A DNA stretch of 64,000 nucleotides. Origin: the human T2T-CHM13v2.0 reference genome, Homo sapiens. Positions 42,213-58,579 of this stretch are shown here, piece by piece. Under the pieces are notes generated by a model. The model saw only the letters and a list, made by a program, of their open reading frames with translations, did no database searches and was not told the origin of the DNA. The stretch is from NCBI RefSeq assembly GCF_009914755.1, contig NC_060930.1; one strand, given 5' to 3'. Position numbers and translations under genes: made by a program. The stretch's first letter is position 1. Each line of letters starts with the position of its first letter.

Positions 42213-43120
42213 CTTCGGCCGATCAGGTTAATGGTATCGCCTCACCCTCAGCTGAAGGAAAGCATTTAATTCCTGTTTATAGCAGTGGCCTGCACGGCTA
42301 GACTGCTTGAATTTTAGTGTCTACTACTGATTCTCTTTGATTGCTTTGCTGGTCATAGACTCACATTTGGGATTTGTAACACTGGCTGAAATGGGAAAAG
42401 GCTGAAGGAGAAACACCCCCTCTCTGAGGGGTTTATTAAATACAGCCTGAAAGTCAGACTTGGGTCTGGTGCTACTTTGGCACTCAACAGGCACCAGCTC
42501 CCCTGCACGACTTTCTTGCCACTGTCTGAACGCTGTCTGCTGAACTTGCATCTTGCAAATGCTGTCTACAGTCAAAACAGTCTCTAAGGGCATGGCATTG
42601 CCCTCTACAATTAATATAGCTACATTGAATGAGCAAATGTAATCAGGAAATGGCTCAAAGCTGAATTGAGTTGGCAAAAACCACTTTCTAATTTGCACCA
42701 GGTCTGAATGAGGGCAGTAAGCAAAAGTTTCGGCCAAGTGCCAAAAAACATTCAGTTACAACAATACATGAAACACTTGTATTAACAAGTAAAAGGTAAC
42801 AGCTAACATGTCCTAACAAGTGATGTTACGACTTGAAGCAGGGCTGCTCTGTTAATGAAGTGACGGTGGCTTGACAGAGAGGAGAGGATTCGGTTAATTA
42901 ACAAGAGTTACTACCCACGAATTGAGACCAACAGCTCACCGAGCAGGGATCCTGTATAATTCAATTTTTAAAATAAATTGTTGGCTCCTAATAAGCATTA
43001 AATAGCAATAGAAAGCACTGAAGAATAACAGAATCAAGGACAATAAGGCAAGACAAAGCGCTATGAAAATCTACTCAACTCGGCATTCCTTTGAAGGAGC
43101 AACAAAAGCAAAGTCAGCCA

Positions 43121-43256
43121 CATGAGTCAAGTTTGGGGCTATTAGACCTAAGTTGGTGGGGGCGGGGGAACAACACACTCCTTGTAGTGACCATGAGTCA
43201 AGTTTGGGGACTATTAGAGCTAAGTGGGGCGGGGGCAACACACTCCTCGTAGTGAC
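43121..43256. repeat. Imperfect ~70-bp tandem duplication carrying AP-1 and GC-box motifs
   Basis: catgagtcaagtttgggg...ggggcgggg...acacactcctYgtagtgac occurs twice. Confidence 0.9.
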
Positions 43257-43379
43257 CCAAATATCATAAAAGCGCTCAGGGATTATTCTGAAGAAAGGCG
43301 ATTTAATTAGGGTATGGAAGTAGGAAGCTGCAGGAGCTAAAATTTAGTCAGTGCCATAAGGCAGGCCTGGAGGAAGCAT

Positions 43380-45830
<2,451 letters not shown>

Positions 45831-46710
45831 GACAGTGTACCACAGCAGAACAACAAACATTTCTGTATGTCGGAAAGGGCCCACAGAGCACCCCAAACAG
45901 CAGAGCACAGAACATTCCCTAGCAGATGGGCTTAGCCAGGGAAATGGGCAGGGAGGAAGCAGGGGTAGGAGACAGCAGGGATTTGTGAGAACTCCTGTAG
46001 AATGATTAGAGGACTAGGGTGCTGGGGTAACTGGACAAAAACATCTAATAAAGAAGGGAAAAAAGAATTACAAATGTGAGCTTTGTAAGTAGCAGATGTG
46101 AGTGACAAACCCCCTCCCCGCAGGCCCCTCTACGTTGCAGAGAAAGCGAGACTGCAACGAAGAAGATGGGCCTCAGCACACCCCAGCCTGAGCTCTGCCC
46201 CAGGGATGGGTATTCTGTCGCACTAGCTCCGCTACAGACCCAGCACTTCCTTACAGGATTCCCCTGTCACCCTGCCTCTGGATGGGGAGGGGATGACATC
46301 TTTGGCTCCATCAACATTCCAGATCCTGCACCACCACAGAAGCCACTAACAGGGTGGGCAGATGAAATCTGCAGAGAAGACAGAGCAGGCAACCCTGGGA
46401 AGAGGCAGGCCAAGGTGAAGTATGCGACCTCAGCAGCCCAGGGAGGAGGGCGGTCAGCACTGCCAAACTGTGATGATGGGCAGATGTCAGGAGGATGCAG
46501 GGACTCAAGCAGGGCCCTGGGCACATCAGAGAAAGCTACTTGGATAGGGTGTCGGGAGCTGAATGGATGGGGTGAGGCTGTGTGTGGAGGTGGCTCCTTG
46601 ATGCCTTTTGGCAGAACAGGGGGAGAGAGAGGCCAGGCAGTGAGTGGAGGGACCCCGATTCTGAAGGGGCCTCTATAAAAGACGAGATGGAGCCTCAAAG
46701 GAGGGCCAGA

Positions 46711-47040
46711 GGCCAGATGCAGTGGCTCATGCCTGCAATCCCAGTACTTTGGGAAGCCGAGGCAGGCGGATCACTTGAGGCCACGAGCTTGAGACTAGTC
46801 GGGGCAACATGGTGAAACCATGTTAGGTCTCCAAATACAAAAATTAGCTGGGCCTGGTGGTGTGCACCTATTGTCCCAGCTGGGCCTGGTGGTGGTGTGC
46901 ACCCATTGTCCCAACTACTTGTGAGGCAGAGGTGGGAGGATTGCTTGAACCTGGGGGGCAGAGGTTGCGGTGAGCCGAGATCGTGCTACTGCACTCCAGC
47001 CAGGGCGACAGAGTGAGACTCTTGTCTTAAAAAAAAAAAA
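46711..47040 (+). mobile_element. Old Alu (J/S) with internal tandem duplication
   Basis: Dimer with TSD gagggccag; duplication 46846-46877 / 46878-46912. Confidence 0.9.
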
Positions 47041-48439
47041 GAGGGCCAGGGCTGAGTGGGGAGGCTGAGCGGCAGCCTGAGCCTCTTGAGCAGGCAGAAG
47101 GGCTGAGGCCGTAGGCCAGGAGGAGGCACTCTTCCAAGGGGCATCGGGGCGACCTGCTAGTGGGACAGGGGAAAGGAGGGCGGGTGCCGTTTTTATGCTT
47201 GGGAAGCACTGCTTTAATCACAGAGCACTCTAACATTTAAAATACAGCGCTAGTGTAAACGGTGAACCCTGGATCTATGAGAATCTTAGCTGTGTATGGC
47301 CTCTTGCATTGCTACTGAAATGGAGGCTGGTTAGCCTCCATCCATGCCTAGAATTCTTCCATCTTATTTATGATAATTATTCTAAGTAAGGGGCTTCTGG
47401 CAGTACTCAGCCCAGGTGTTATGTTGTAGTTAAGGAATAACCATCTACCACAAAAAATGTGAAATTTAAATCCATTATACAGCTGTTCATGTAGAAGGCA
47501 CTTCTTAAGATTAACGCCTACATCTATTCTGTGATTTCTCTATCGTGGGGCCCTTATGAATGTCACTTGCTGAATTCATATGCCAAGAGGCAGGCAAGTA
47601 CCATCATCTGCAGTGCATAAATGGAAGAACACAAATTCACAGGGCTGAACAATTTACAGATGGCACGTGGGGAAGGGGTGCTGGAGCCAAGACTGCCAAG
47701 CCAGGCTTCTGGGCTGCCCCACCCTGGGCCCAGACAACACCTGTTTCACGTGGTCTGAGCCAGAAAGGTGTGGTGCCCTCTCAAAAGGGCATGGCCATTT
47801 TTGTGGGGAGGCCTCCTCAAACATTAATTTCAGTAAGAGTGGTCAGCTGGTCAATACTTCCCTTGCTTTCTTCTTTTTAGCAGTAGGACTGAGAAATTAC
47901 TTAATAGGGAGGCTCCCCTCTAAACAGCCTTTTCTTATGCTTCATCCCTAGGAAGTCAGACTAGGAAGATGAATTCAACAGAAAAAGCCTTGCGAGGTGG
48001 TGCTACTGAGGGTAGCTGAAGAGATCAAATAATAATAATGATAATGGTAACAAGAAGACAAGACCAGAGATGGCTCTCCTCGGCTGTGAAAATGACAGTG
48101 AACAGATCTTCTGATGCAGAGCTAGCATTTCAAAGAGCCTCAGCGTGTCCACGCTACCTCGCACAGCTCATTAAATGCGCTCCAGCTGCCTGCTTCATTT
48201 ATATTTACCCAACTGGGGCATATTAGCCACCCCCAGTGGATAAGGATGGAGCTTCTGCTGTGTGGGGGAAGCAAAACTTACAGAGGCTTCCTGAGGGGCC
48301 ACAGTGAGTAGGTGTGCCAAAACGACCAGTGCCCAAGTACCCCCAGAGTCGCTGCCACTGTTCTGGGCCATCTGCATCTGCACCTCTTTCACCTACACGA
48401 CTGTGTCTATCCATCTCCCTTCCTCCCATCCCCACAAAT

Positions 48440-48730
48440 CTTCACCAAGCACCCGCTAGGTGCCAGCCAGTAAGCTAAGCCAGTTGCTAAGGACACGGGT
48501 ATGTGGAAGCTAGACATGTCTCTGTCCTTAAGGAGCCTGCAGTCTATGGCCACCACAGTCTTGTGAGGGAATGATGGCAGAGAGCCAGGGTGCTGTCAGA
48601 GCCAGGAGGTAGGCACCTAGCACAGACTAGGTGGAGGCAGGGTGTTGGTCAGAGGGAGGATGCCTAAGCTAAGACCTGAAGAATGAGTGGGAAGTGGCCA
48701 GGAGAAGCAGACGGAACTGTAGGAGCAGGC
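48440..48730 (-). mobile_element. L2 3' fragment
   Basis: caccaagcacccgctaggtgccag...ctgtccttaaggagcctgcagtcta...aagctaagacctgaagaatgagt. Confidence 0.65.
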
Positions 48731-50662
48731 ATTTGACGAGCCCAGTGTGGCCAGGCTGTTCCACCCTCGCTCATCAGCTTACCCAGTGCCCACACACAAT
48801 GCACTAGCTCCTGCCTCCATGCCTTTTCTCATGCCCTCCCACCCACCTGGAATGTCTTCCTCCTTCCTATCATCCGTATCTCCCAATCTGGACAAGGTCC
48901 AGCTTACATCTAACTTTCTGCAAACATAACTCCAATCATGATTGTGAGGCTATTACTTCAGTATCAATATAATAAATTTGCACAATGTCTTCATATTTGC
49001 ACAGATATTTGTAAATAATGTGTTCTTATTAATTGACACCCAATTAGAGTCTATATTTCTCCAGGGCTAGGAAATCTCTTTCAATTCTCTTTGATTAGTT
49101 TGGCATTGAGAGGAAATTAGATGAGCAAATAACACATTTATAGAGCACCTAAGAGGTGTGAGGTGCTGTGCCAGCTGTTTAGGTACTTATGAAGGCAGCA
49201 GTTATTTTGAGGATCTAACAGACCCTTAGTTAAGAAGGAAAATGGGCCCGCGACCTGGTGAATTGCATCAACTGCCTATGAAATGAAATGAGGGTTGCCT
49301 CAGACCCACAGCCCAGCATGACATCAGGGCTCTATTTAGATCTTGCAGGTGCCAATAATTCAAAAGTCTGTTGCTCCAACAAAGGCACTACAACATCACC
49401 TTATGTTGTAGTATTTTGTTTTTTAAGGGTTAAAAATCTAAGCATCTTAGAAGTTCAGAAACATAAATGATAGTAGGATTCAGATTTCCAGGAGGGAGGT
49501 AGAGAGACAGAGAGGAAGAAAGCGAGAAGAAAAAGAGAAGAAGACCTCATTTAAATGGTAACTTGAAGCTTATATGAAAAGTCCAACCTCTTTATGATGA
49601 CCAAATATAATGTGAATACTCTTGAAGGTGTGAGTCCCTTTAGAGTCTCTCCAGAAAGTTCTCATGGGACTCTACGCAGGTTTTCTCAGCATGACTGCTT
49701 TTTCTAGCTCTAATGGGGATTTTGAGTGACGATGAATGAAGGTGAGTTATATTTCCATCACTCAGTGTCACAGATTTTACTCCACCTGGTCACAGCATGG
49801 ACATCAAAAGAAGCTTTGGCAAGCTGCTGAGGTGGGAGTTAAATATATCTCAGGGATCAACGGTGGCTGGTCTAAACACACCACATTGAAAGGTTAGGGA
49901 ATAATACAGAGCTGCAGTGAGTTTCCTTCTCCTGACTTTGCCCCTACATAGAACCCTTAGAAGTATGGCTCATTACATGAGAGTTCTGTTCATCACCAAC
50001 AACTGACTGAGTGGAGGGATGTGCTCTCCCACAGTGAGTTTGACAGTCCCAAGCTCTGCAAATTCCCGAGGAATGCATTACAGTAGCTACACTGGCTGCA
50101 GGATCCACCCCCTGGAACCTGCTGCCAGGCCTTCCTTCTCAGGAGCTGTCTTCAAGATCGGCCTCCAGAGGCTTCATGAAGCTTAGGACCCAGGGTCCAG
50201 AAATCCCATCCATCAGGAAACAGTGTCAAATGAAGGGAGCAAGGTGCATGAGCACAAAACAGCTTGTTACCTCTGCCAGGAGGATTTTAGAAATGGGTTT
50301 CTTTTCTGATGTATAACAATGTTGCCCTTGTTACTTTTACTGAAAATGTAAATTCAGTACCACAGACTACAATAACACTTTCCATGTCTGAAACATTACC
50401 CACCTCCCACAACGACAACAAGCAGCAGATGTTGGTTCTCACCTGGTTGTAGGGTACTCTTACAACTCTCTTCTCAAAATTTAACAAGATTAATGACAGA
50501 AAATTAGTCAAGACAAGTATTTGCCTGTTTGGGTTATCCTACTATCATCTTAATTGTAGGAGAAAAGTGTTTCCTTTTCACACTACATACTTAGTGGTAA
50601 GTTGATGTGAAAGGAAAAACAAAACACAGCACTAAAAAGAGCCCCAACAATGCAATGTGCTC

Positions 50663-51366
50663 CACACACACACAAACACACACACACACACACACAGAGA
50701 TACACACATATACACACCACACACACAGATACACACACACACCACACACACAAAAATACACACACATACACACACCACACACACCACAAACACACACACA
50801 GATACACACGCACACATACATACACATACACACACCACACACAGATATACATACACACATACATACACACACACGCACACACCACAAAGACACACCACAA
50901 ACACACACACACATACACATACACATACACACACACCACACACACAGATACACATACATACACACATACACACACATACACACACACCACAAAGACACAC
51001 CACACACACACAGATACGCGCACAGATATGCACACATACACACATACATACACACGCAACCCCACACACAGATACATACACACCACACACACATACACAG
51101 ATACACACATACATACACACACATACACACACACCACAAACACACCACACACACAGAGACACATACACACATACACACACCACACACACACCACATACAC
51201 CACACACATACACACATACCACACACACACCACACACATACACACCACACATATACACACACACCACACACCCATACACACATACACACACAGATACACA
51301 TACACACACACACAGACACATACACACACACATATACACACATACACACACACATACACACACACA
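50663..51366. repeat. ~700-bp compound (CA)n/(CACATA)n simple repeat; (UG)-rich in GMDS pre-mRNA
   Basis: Directly visible; source of the six spurious VC/HT-rich ORFs. Confidence 0.97.
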
Positions 51367-52371
51367 GATGCTATCAAAAGAAAGCAGTTGTCATAAGGCT
51401 GCCTTTCTCAATACAAATGACTGTGTAAGAATTTAAAACGTTACCTTACATTTTATCAGGACTGCATGTGGTACCGATCTGCTTCCCCGAATATCTTCTA
51501 CTAACCCAAACTCAAATTAATGTGCTATTTTCTAATAAATGCAAAACAAAAATTATTCAAATTACTCAAGTGATGTCAAAGACTTCAAGAGGAAATATCT
51601 GTGTCGATTCTAAATATACAGATGGCGACACGTGTCAAGCCTTTTCGGAGAACATTACAACGGATAAATTTTAAAAACGATAACAAAAATGGGAAGAGAC
51701 AGCAGAGCTTAGAATAGCAAAAGTGAGAATGTTCCAGATGCTGATTGGTGTGTCTGATACGGTACAGCCTCATGTAATATGAGGCAAGGACACAAAGCAC
51801 AACAAGTAGAACTCTGAGCTAGCAGAAAGCTTTCTAGCTTAATTAATGGCAATGCTAATGAGACTAGAGAGCTTGGCTGTCCTTCACCCTCTACATCTGG
51901 CTGTTCACCAAATCCCGCTGATTCTAAGACTCAAATCAATCGCTCCTCTCCCTCTCCATGTTCTCGGCTGAATGCAGATCCTCCTCATCCTTAGCTGGAC
52001 AGCTCCAACAAGCCTCTAGGGAGGAAGCATGGTGGTTTCCCTCAAGCTGTCCCCACCATATGAGAGGGAATAAGGCTAACCATGAAATCTGCGGAAATCA
52101 GGATGACAGTGGGTGTTTCTGGGAGGACTTTCTGGATAAGCTGGCTTTTGGGATATCCACTTGTGCTTAATTAAGTATTTACAGAGCACCGTCAGCTGTT
52201 GAGAGCACTGAGGATAACCTGGGAAGGAGACGATGCCCACAGGCATGAAGACCTGGGTCTGTGTTCACTGCAAATATCCTATCACAAAGTTTTTTTTGAC
52301 AGCATATGAACAAGAAGGATAAAAAGTGCACATAAAGGAAAGAGGAGCGTCTTGGGTCACAACATACTCAT

Positions 52372-52480
52372 TTCAGACCCTGGCTCTGCTACTCCCTTGC
52401 TGTGTGACCTGGGGAGAGCACTGAACTGCACTGTGCCTCAGTTTCCTTCTCAGTGCAATAGTGCCCCAGCCCTGGAAATT
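52372..52480 (+). mobile_element. MIR fragment
   Basis: ctgtgtgacctgggg...ctgtgcctcagtttccttc. Confidence 0.75.
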
Positions 52481-53371
52481 AAACACAGTAGGGGTGCGGC
52501 TCCTGGCATGCCTCCAGGCTCGCCCTAACCACTCCCTGCGTGCCGCGGTGAGCATGGGCTGTCTCTGTCTGTCTTGGAGCACATCCTGCCGTTCTTCTGC
52601 AATAGCATCCTGCTATAGGGGAAGACCCTGCTCCCCCGCATTCAAACAGTGGACTTTCAGTGGGGCTGCTCATCCCAGAATCCTCACACCCTGAAAACAG
52701 GCCAAGGCCTGGGATCCAGTCCCACGCTGGCCACAGCGACAGGTCTAGGGATAACTGCAGGACCCACAAGGGCCAGCCACAGTCCTTCCTCAGGATTTTT
52801 CTAGGTGGATTGTTCTTAAAGGTTCTATTCCTCTTTTGACTGTGTGAGGCTGTGTCCCCAGAAAGGCAGTCTAGACTGCCCTCTGCCATGGGGAGCAGCT
52901 GAGGGATGGAGGCAACATCCCAGGGCACTGGAGCCAAGAAGCAGAGGGGCCCTGAAGGAGCACCAGGTACCTAAGGCTACTCTGAGTTCAGTTTCAGTTC
53001 CTGAAAAACAGAAGAACTCTGACTGCTGGGAAAGTCCATTCACTTTTCTCCCTTTCCTAATATAGTACTAAACAGTTTCACTATGCTTAAGCCTTTATTA
53101 GCATAGATACTTCACACATTTAAAAAATAATTCATGCGTATCATCCTTCGCAACTTTTGGAGCATAACAGGACACTCCTAATAATAAAATGTCATGTTTG
53201 ATTCCTACAGAGAACATAAACAAAAGTGCACATATTTTTTAAAGAATAAGATGTTATGCTTACATCTTATTTTTCTCATTAAACTTGTTTAAGTATAATC
53301 TGTGTTATTCACATATACAATATAAATTTGTTAAAATATGTTAGAGAGTTATTAAAAAAAGTAATTAATGA

Positions 53372-53791
<420 letters not shown>

Positions 53792-54182
53792 TCAATCCAA
53801 CAATGCATTTTTCAGTCCACAAGAGAAGAAGGCCAATTTTTTTTTTTGAAAAATGAGGTATCTTCTTTAAAAAATAAAATAGAAGGCCAAAAGAATCAAC
53901 ATAACCAAATTACACTTCAAAGATTATTTTATATCTTCTTGCTTCCTATCTTTATGCTATTTTCCAACTCCCCATATTATACGTAAAATTTGAAAAAGAT
54001 CTTATTTTTGCCTTAATTTTCTATAATTAATGTCATTAGTTTCCTGCACAAAGTTTTCATGCAAAACAAATTTATGTAACTCTTGGCCACGAATTGTCAA
54101 TATTTTTCATAAAATTGGAAGTATATTGAGACAAAATGTTCACAAAATAATTGGGCAGTATCTCTTTTTCTGAGTGTTCTTA

Positions 54183-54620
54183 TTTTTGTTTTTAAAATTT
54201 TAATTGACACATTATAATTGTACACATTTATGGGGTACATTTTGATATTTTGACACATGTATATGTTGTATAATGATCCATTCAGGGTAGTTAGTATATC
54301 TCTATCAGCTCATGCACATATTTCTTTCTGGTGACAACATTAAAAATTCTCTCTTCCAGCTATTTTGACATATACAATAGGTATTGTTAACCTTAGACAC
54401 CCTATTGTACAACAGAATACCAGAACTTATTTCTCCTATCTTATTGTTACTTTGTACCCATTTACCATTCTCTCCCCAGCCTCTTTCCACCCATCCCTTC
54501 CTCAGCTTCTGGTAAGCACCATTCTACTCTCTGCTTCTCTATCATCTTTCTTTAGATTTCACAGGAGTGATATCATTCAGTACTTGTCATTCTGTGTCTG
54601 GCTTCTTTCACATAACATGA
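54183..54620 (-). mobile_element. L1MA-type 3' end
   Basis: ttttaattgacac...aattgtacacatttatggggtaca...accattctactctctgcttct...ttctgtgtctggctt. Confidence 0.8.
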
Positions 54621-54658
54621 TGAAAGAAATTTGGAAAATTTTCCAAATTTCTTTCATC
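54619..54658. repeat. Perfect 40-bp palindrome without spacer
   Basis: gatgaaagaaatttggaaaa|ttttccaaatttctttcatc. Confidence 0.97.
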
Positions 54659-54667
54659 TTTCTTTTA

Positions 54668-55014
<347 letters not shown>

Positions 55015-55043
55015 TTAAAACTAAAAAAAGTAAAATAAAATAG

Positions 55044-55368
<325 letters not shown>

Positions 55369-55616
55369 AAAAACATCTTAAAAGAAAGATGAAAGAAATG
55401 TGGAAAAACTTGGTTTAGATGCTGACCGACATTTGACAAATAACACAAGTAGGGCTGGATGCAGAGCAGAGCAAAGGCCCCACTCTACACTGAAACTTTC
55501 TGTATTGCTCTTCAGGAGAGTGAAGGGGGAAGATGACAGCCAGAACCGAGGCTTCAGCAAGCTCAGGTGCATACCTGCCAGAGAGCTACAAGTAGTCATT
55601 TCTCAGGTATACTTAC

Positions 55617-55735
55617 ACAATGGTTTTTCCAATGTGCAAGAATGATTTCTCGACAAATTCCCGGACACTATGGACCTCCCCAGTAGCTATAACGAAGTCC
55701 TCCGGCTCGTCATTCTGCAACATCAACCACATAGC
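55617..55735 (-). CDS. GMDS: GMDS coding exon (probable exon 8), 119 nt, phase 0 to phase 2
   Basis: Acceptor ctctttccctctag|GCTATG, donor ATTGT|gtaagt; translates [39 protein letters not shown](V), a GDP-mannose 4,6-dehydratase segment. Not in the ORF track. Confidence 0.97.
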
Positions 55736-55872
55736 CTAGAGGGAAAGAGAGGCAAGTTCACTTTGAAGTCACACTCAGTGGCCACACATTGTTTTCCAGT
55801 GCACATAATCAGATATGGACATGGACAGCTGGAACATGAGCATGAATTTCATAGCATATTCTAAGCACAACA

Positions 55873-56055
55873 GCAATGGCTCCCAACTTTTACTGAGTAT
55901 CCGAATAATATGAGGAACTTCTTGGTGTGGATGCCAGGGCTGCAGCCGTAGAGGGGTGGGCTCAGAGGCCTGGAGATTCTCTCTCAGAATATTTATCCTT
56001 AACATCCCAGGTGATTCTCATGGTGCAGGTCCTCAGACCACAACGTAGAGGAATG
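55873..56055. mobile_element. MER5-type MITE (degenerate)
   Basis: caatggctcccaac...cccaggtgattctcatggtgcaggtcctcagaccaca. Confidence 0.55.
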
Positions 56056-56421
56056 TGATGTGAAGCAGTGTCTATGGCAAATAACCTTTTTATGGTATTA
56101 TTTACAAAAAGAGCAGTTCTAAAAGCACTGTTTAATTTTTCTTCATATCATAGATAGTAGTCAAGGAAAAAAACCATTTAAAGACAGGTATTTGTCCTCA
56201 AAAGTAGAACTTAATTTTTGAACAATAAAGTTGAGAAGGTACTAGTCAAAAAACAAAGTAAGTGCGAATCATTAATGGAAAAACAACCACGTAATGGAGA
56301 GTACTACTATTATAAAAAAGCTGTCTGAGAGGCAATGAAAACATTTATACCGGAGTTAATGGGTTCATAAGGCAGCATTTCAAGGCCAGGGGCTCAACTT
56401 CCACATCAAAATGGATGTCTA

Positions 56422-56722
<301 letters not shown>

Positions 56723-58435
56723 TCACTTTCTCAGTAGGAGCCAGGAGTCTGGTGGGCAAAAATGCCACTGCATGTCCAAGATACTGACTGGTGGCACCAG
56801 CGCAGCCCCGCTCCCCGTGGTTAGCTTTTACCAACAGCAGATAGGCCTGGAGTTCCTGTATCTTGCAATTGCACCTTAAAGATTTTTTTTTTTTAATACA
56901 GATAGGAGATGAAGATTTAAAAAAAAAATAAGTGTAGCAGGAATCCAACAGGAATATGTCTCTTCAAAAAAGGTTGAAGCAAAACAAAAAAAAATCAATC
57001 TCTATTTTTTCATCACTTCCACCCACTTCTCAAAATTAAATAGGTAAAAACAGTAAGGACTTAATTATAACACAGCCTCCAATGATATGTGCATTGAACT
57101 CTCGTTCCAGCAAAATTTAAACAAAACTGTTTGGTTTGCGTCTCCCTAAGTTGTTCCTTGATAAGCCAAAAACAAGAAGTTGCTAAAATCAATGAGCCAG
57201 CCTATTTTCTCTTAGAAAATGCCACCAAAAAAGTTTAATTTCCTTTTTATTCATTGGAATTTGTAGAAATCTTCTAAAAAATAAAATTTAAAATAATTTC
57301 TCTTTTACCTGAAGTTATTTCCTGTGTATGTTTTTGTATTTTTGGTCTATTACAAGATTGTTTTAAATCATATGGAAGACAAGATTTTGGTCTATTTTAC
57401 ATGCTTTGGAGATGTGGCATGCTGGTTGGGACAATGGTAATAGTTTCAAGTCAGTGATATTCTATAAAGTAACTGACGGATGAAATTATCTTGGCGAGAA
57501 GACATATTTGTTCACATTAATGGAATACCTGCAATTTCATTTTGCCTTAAGAAATCATGGTTGGTGAACTGAGCCACAAGACTTTTTAAATGTTATACTA
57601 CCACTACTACTACTAATGATAAAGCATGAGCTTTTAAAAGGCATGAAATACAAGTTGTTCACTGTTTTGAGATAGTCCACACAAGCAGATGGAGTCTACA
57701 ATGGCTTGGTAGCTCCCTGAACGCTGGGGGCTGAGGAGAGCAATGAGATCTGAAGTACAGCCCAGGCTCGGCACCGTTTGTCAAGAAGTTCCCCAAGGTG
57801 TCTTTCTGAAAGGGGCACCAAGGCCTGTGTGCACGAGCAGAGGCCTAGTGAGCAGCTGCTCCTTGTAGGTCTGTGCCTGCAAGTGAAATTCCCGCGGCCT
57901 GGAACACCCTGTCTCCTCATCTGTCTGGGAATGCTGACCTCTCTCTAGGTCCCGGACCAGGGTCCCAAGTCTAGCCACTGGAATGAATTCCAATGCACAC
58001 AGTATGGTGGCTTCACCGGGATCGGGCCTGCCCTTTGGCCCGCTTCCCAACTAAGCTGAGCCTCCCACTTCACCCAAGTGGGCGCACGAGTGTACCCGTG
58101 GACACACACAGAGGCACACGTGCACACACACACACACAGAAACTTATTTTGGCTTTTGCCAAAATACCTTCAGAATTTTTAGGAAAAATTAAATGATGCC
58201 TATGGCTAGAATTCCTATCTGAACGTTCTTCTGCGGGATTAGATGTAAGGGGGTAAATACACTTTAATGTGTTTGACTCAAATTTCCATTCTAAAAATAA
58301 CATCTCAAATAGGTCTTTCAGGGCCACTCAGCTTATTTTACTTCTTTAGAAACAGTCCGCTGTGTTAGAGTGGTCTCAAAAAAGTCCTATTTTTAGTCAT
58401 GTGAAAGAAGACAAGGACGTGCTAAAAATGTAAAA

Positions 58436-58579
58436 GGAGAAACTTGACTGTTGGCTACTGGTGGGTCACTTGGAGAAACATGACTGTTGGCTACTGGTGG
58501 GTCACTTGGAGAAACTTGACTGTTGGCTACTGGTGGATCACTTGGAGAAACTTGACTGTTGGCTACTGGTGGGTCACTT
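58436..58579. repeat. Minisatellite, 36-bp unit x4
   Basis: ggagaaacttgactgttggctactggtgggtcactt; single substitutions in copies 2 and 3. Confidence 0.96.

Noticed and set aside
46166-46698. Overlapping 170-aa and 143-aa ORFs
   Set aside because: GC-rich intron, no recognisable domain, no promoter or splice support.
50583-51436. Six long ORFs (243-273 aa) rich in Val/Cys or His/Thr
   Set aside because: Translations of a CA/TG simple repeat.
58436-58579. 36-bp repeats of CRISPR-like length and TVGYWWVTWRN repeat ORFs
   Set aside because: Head-to-tail tandem copies with no spacers; an ordinary minisatellite.
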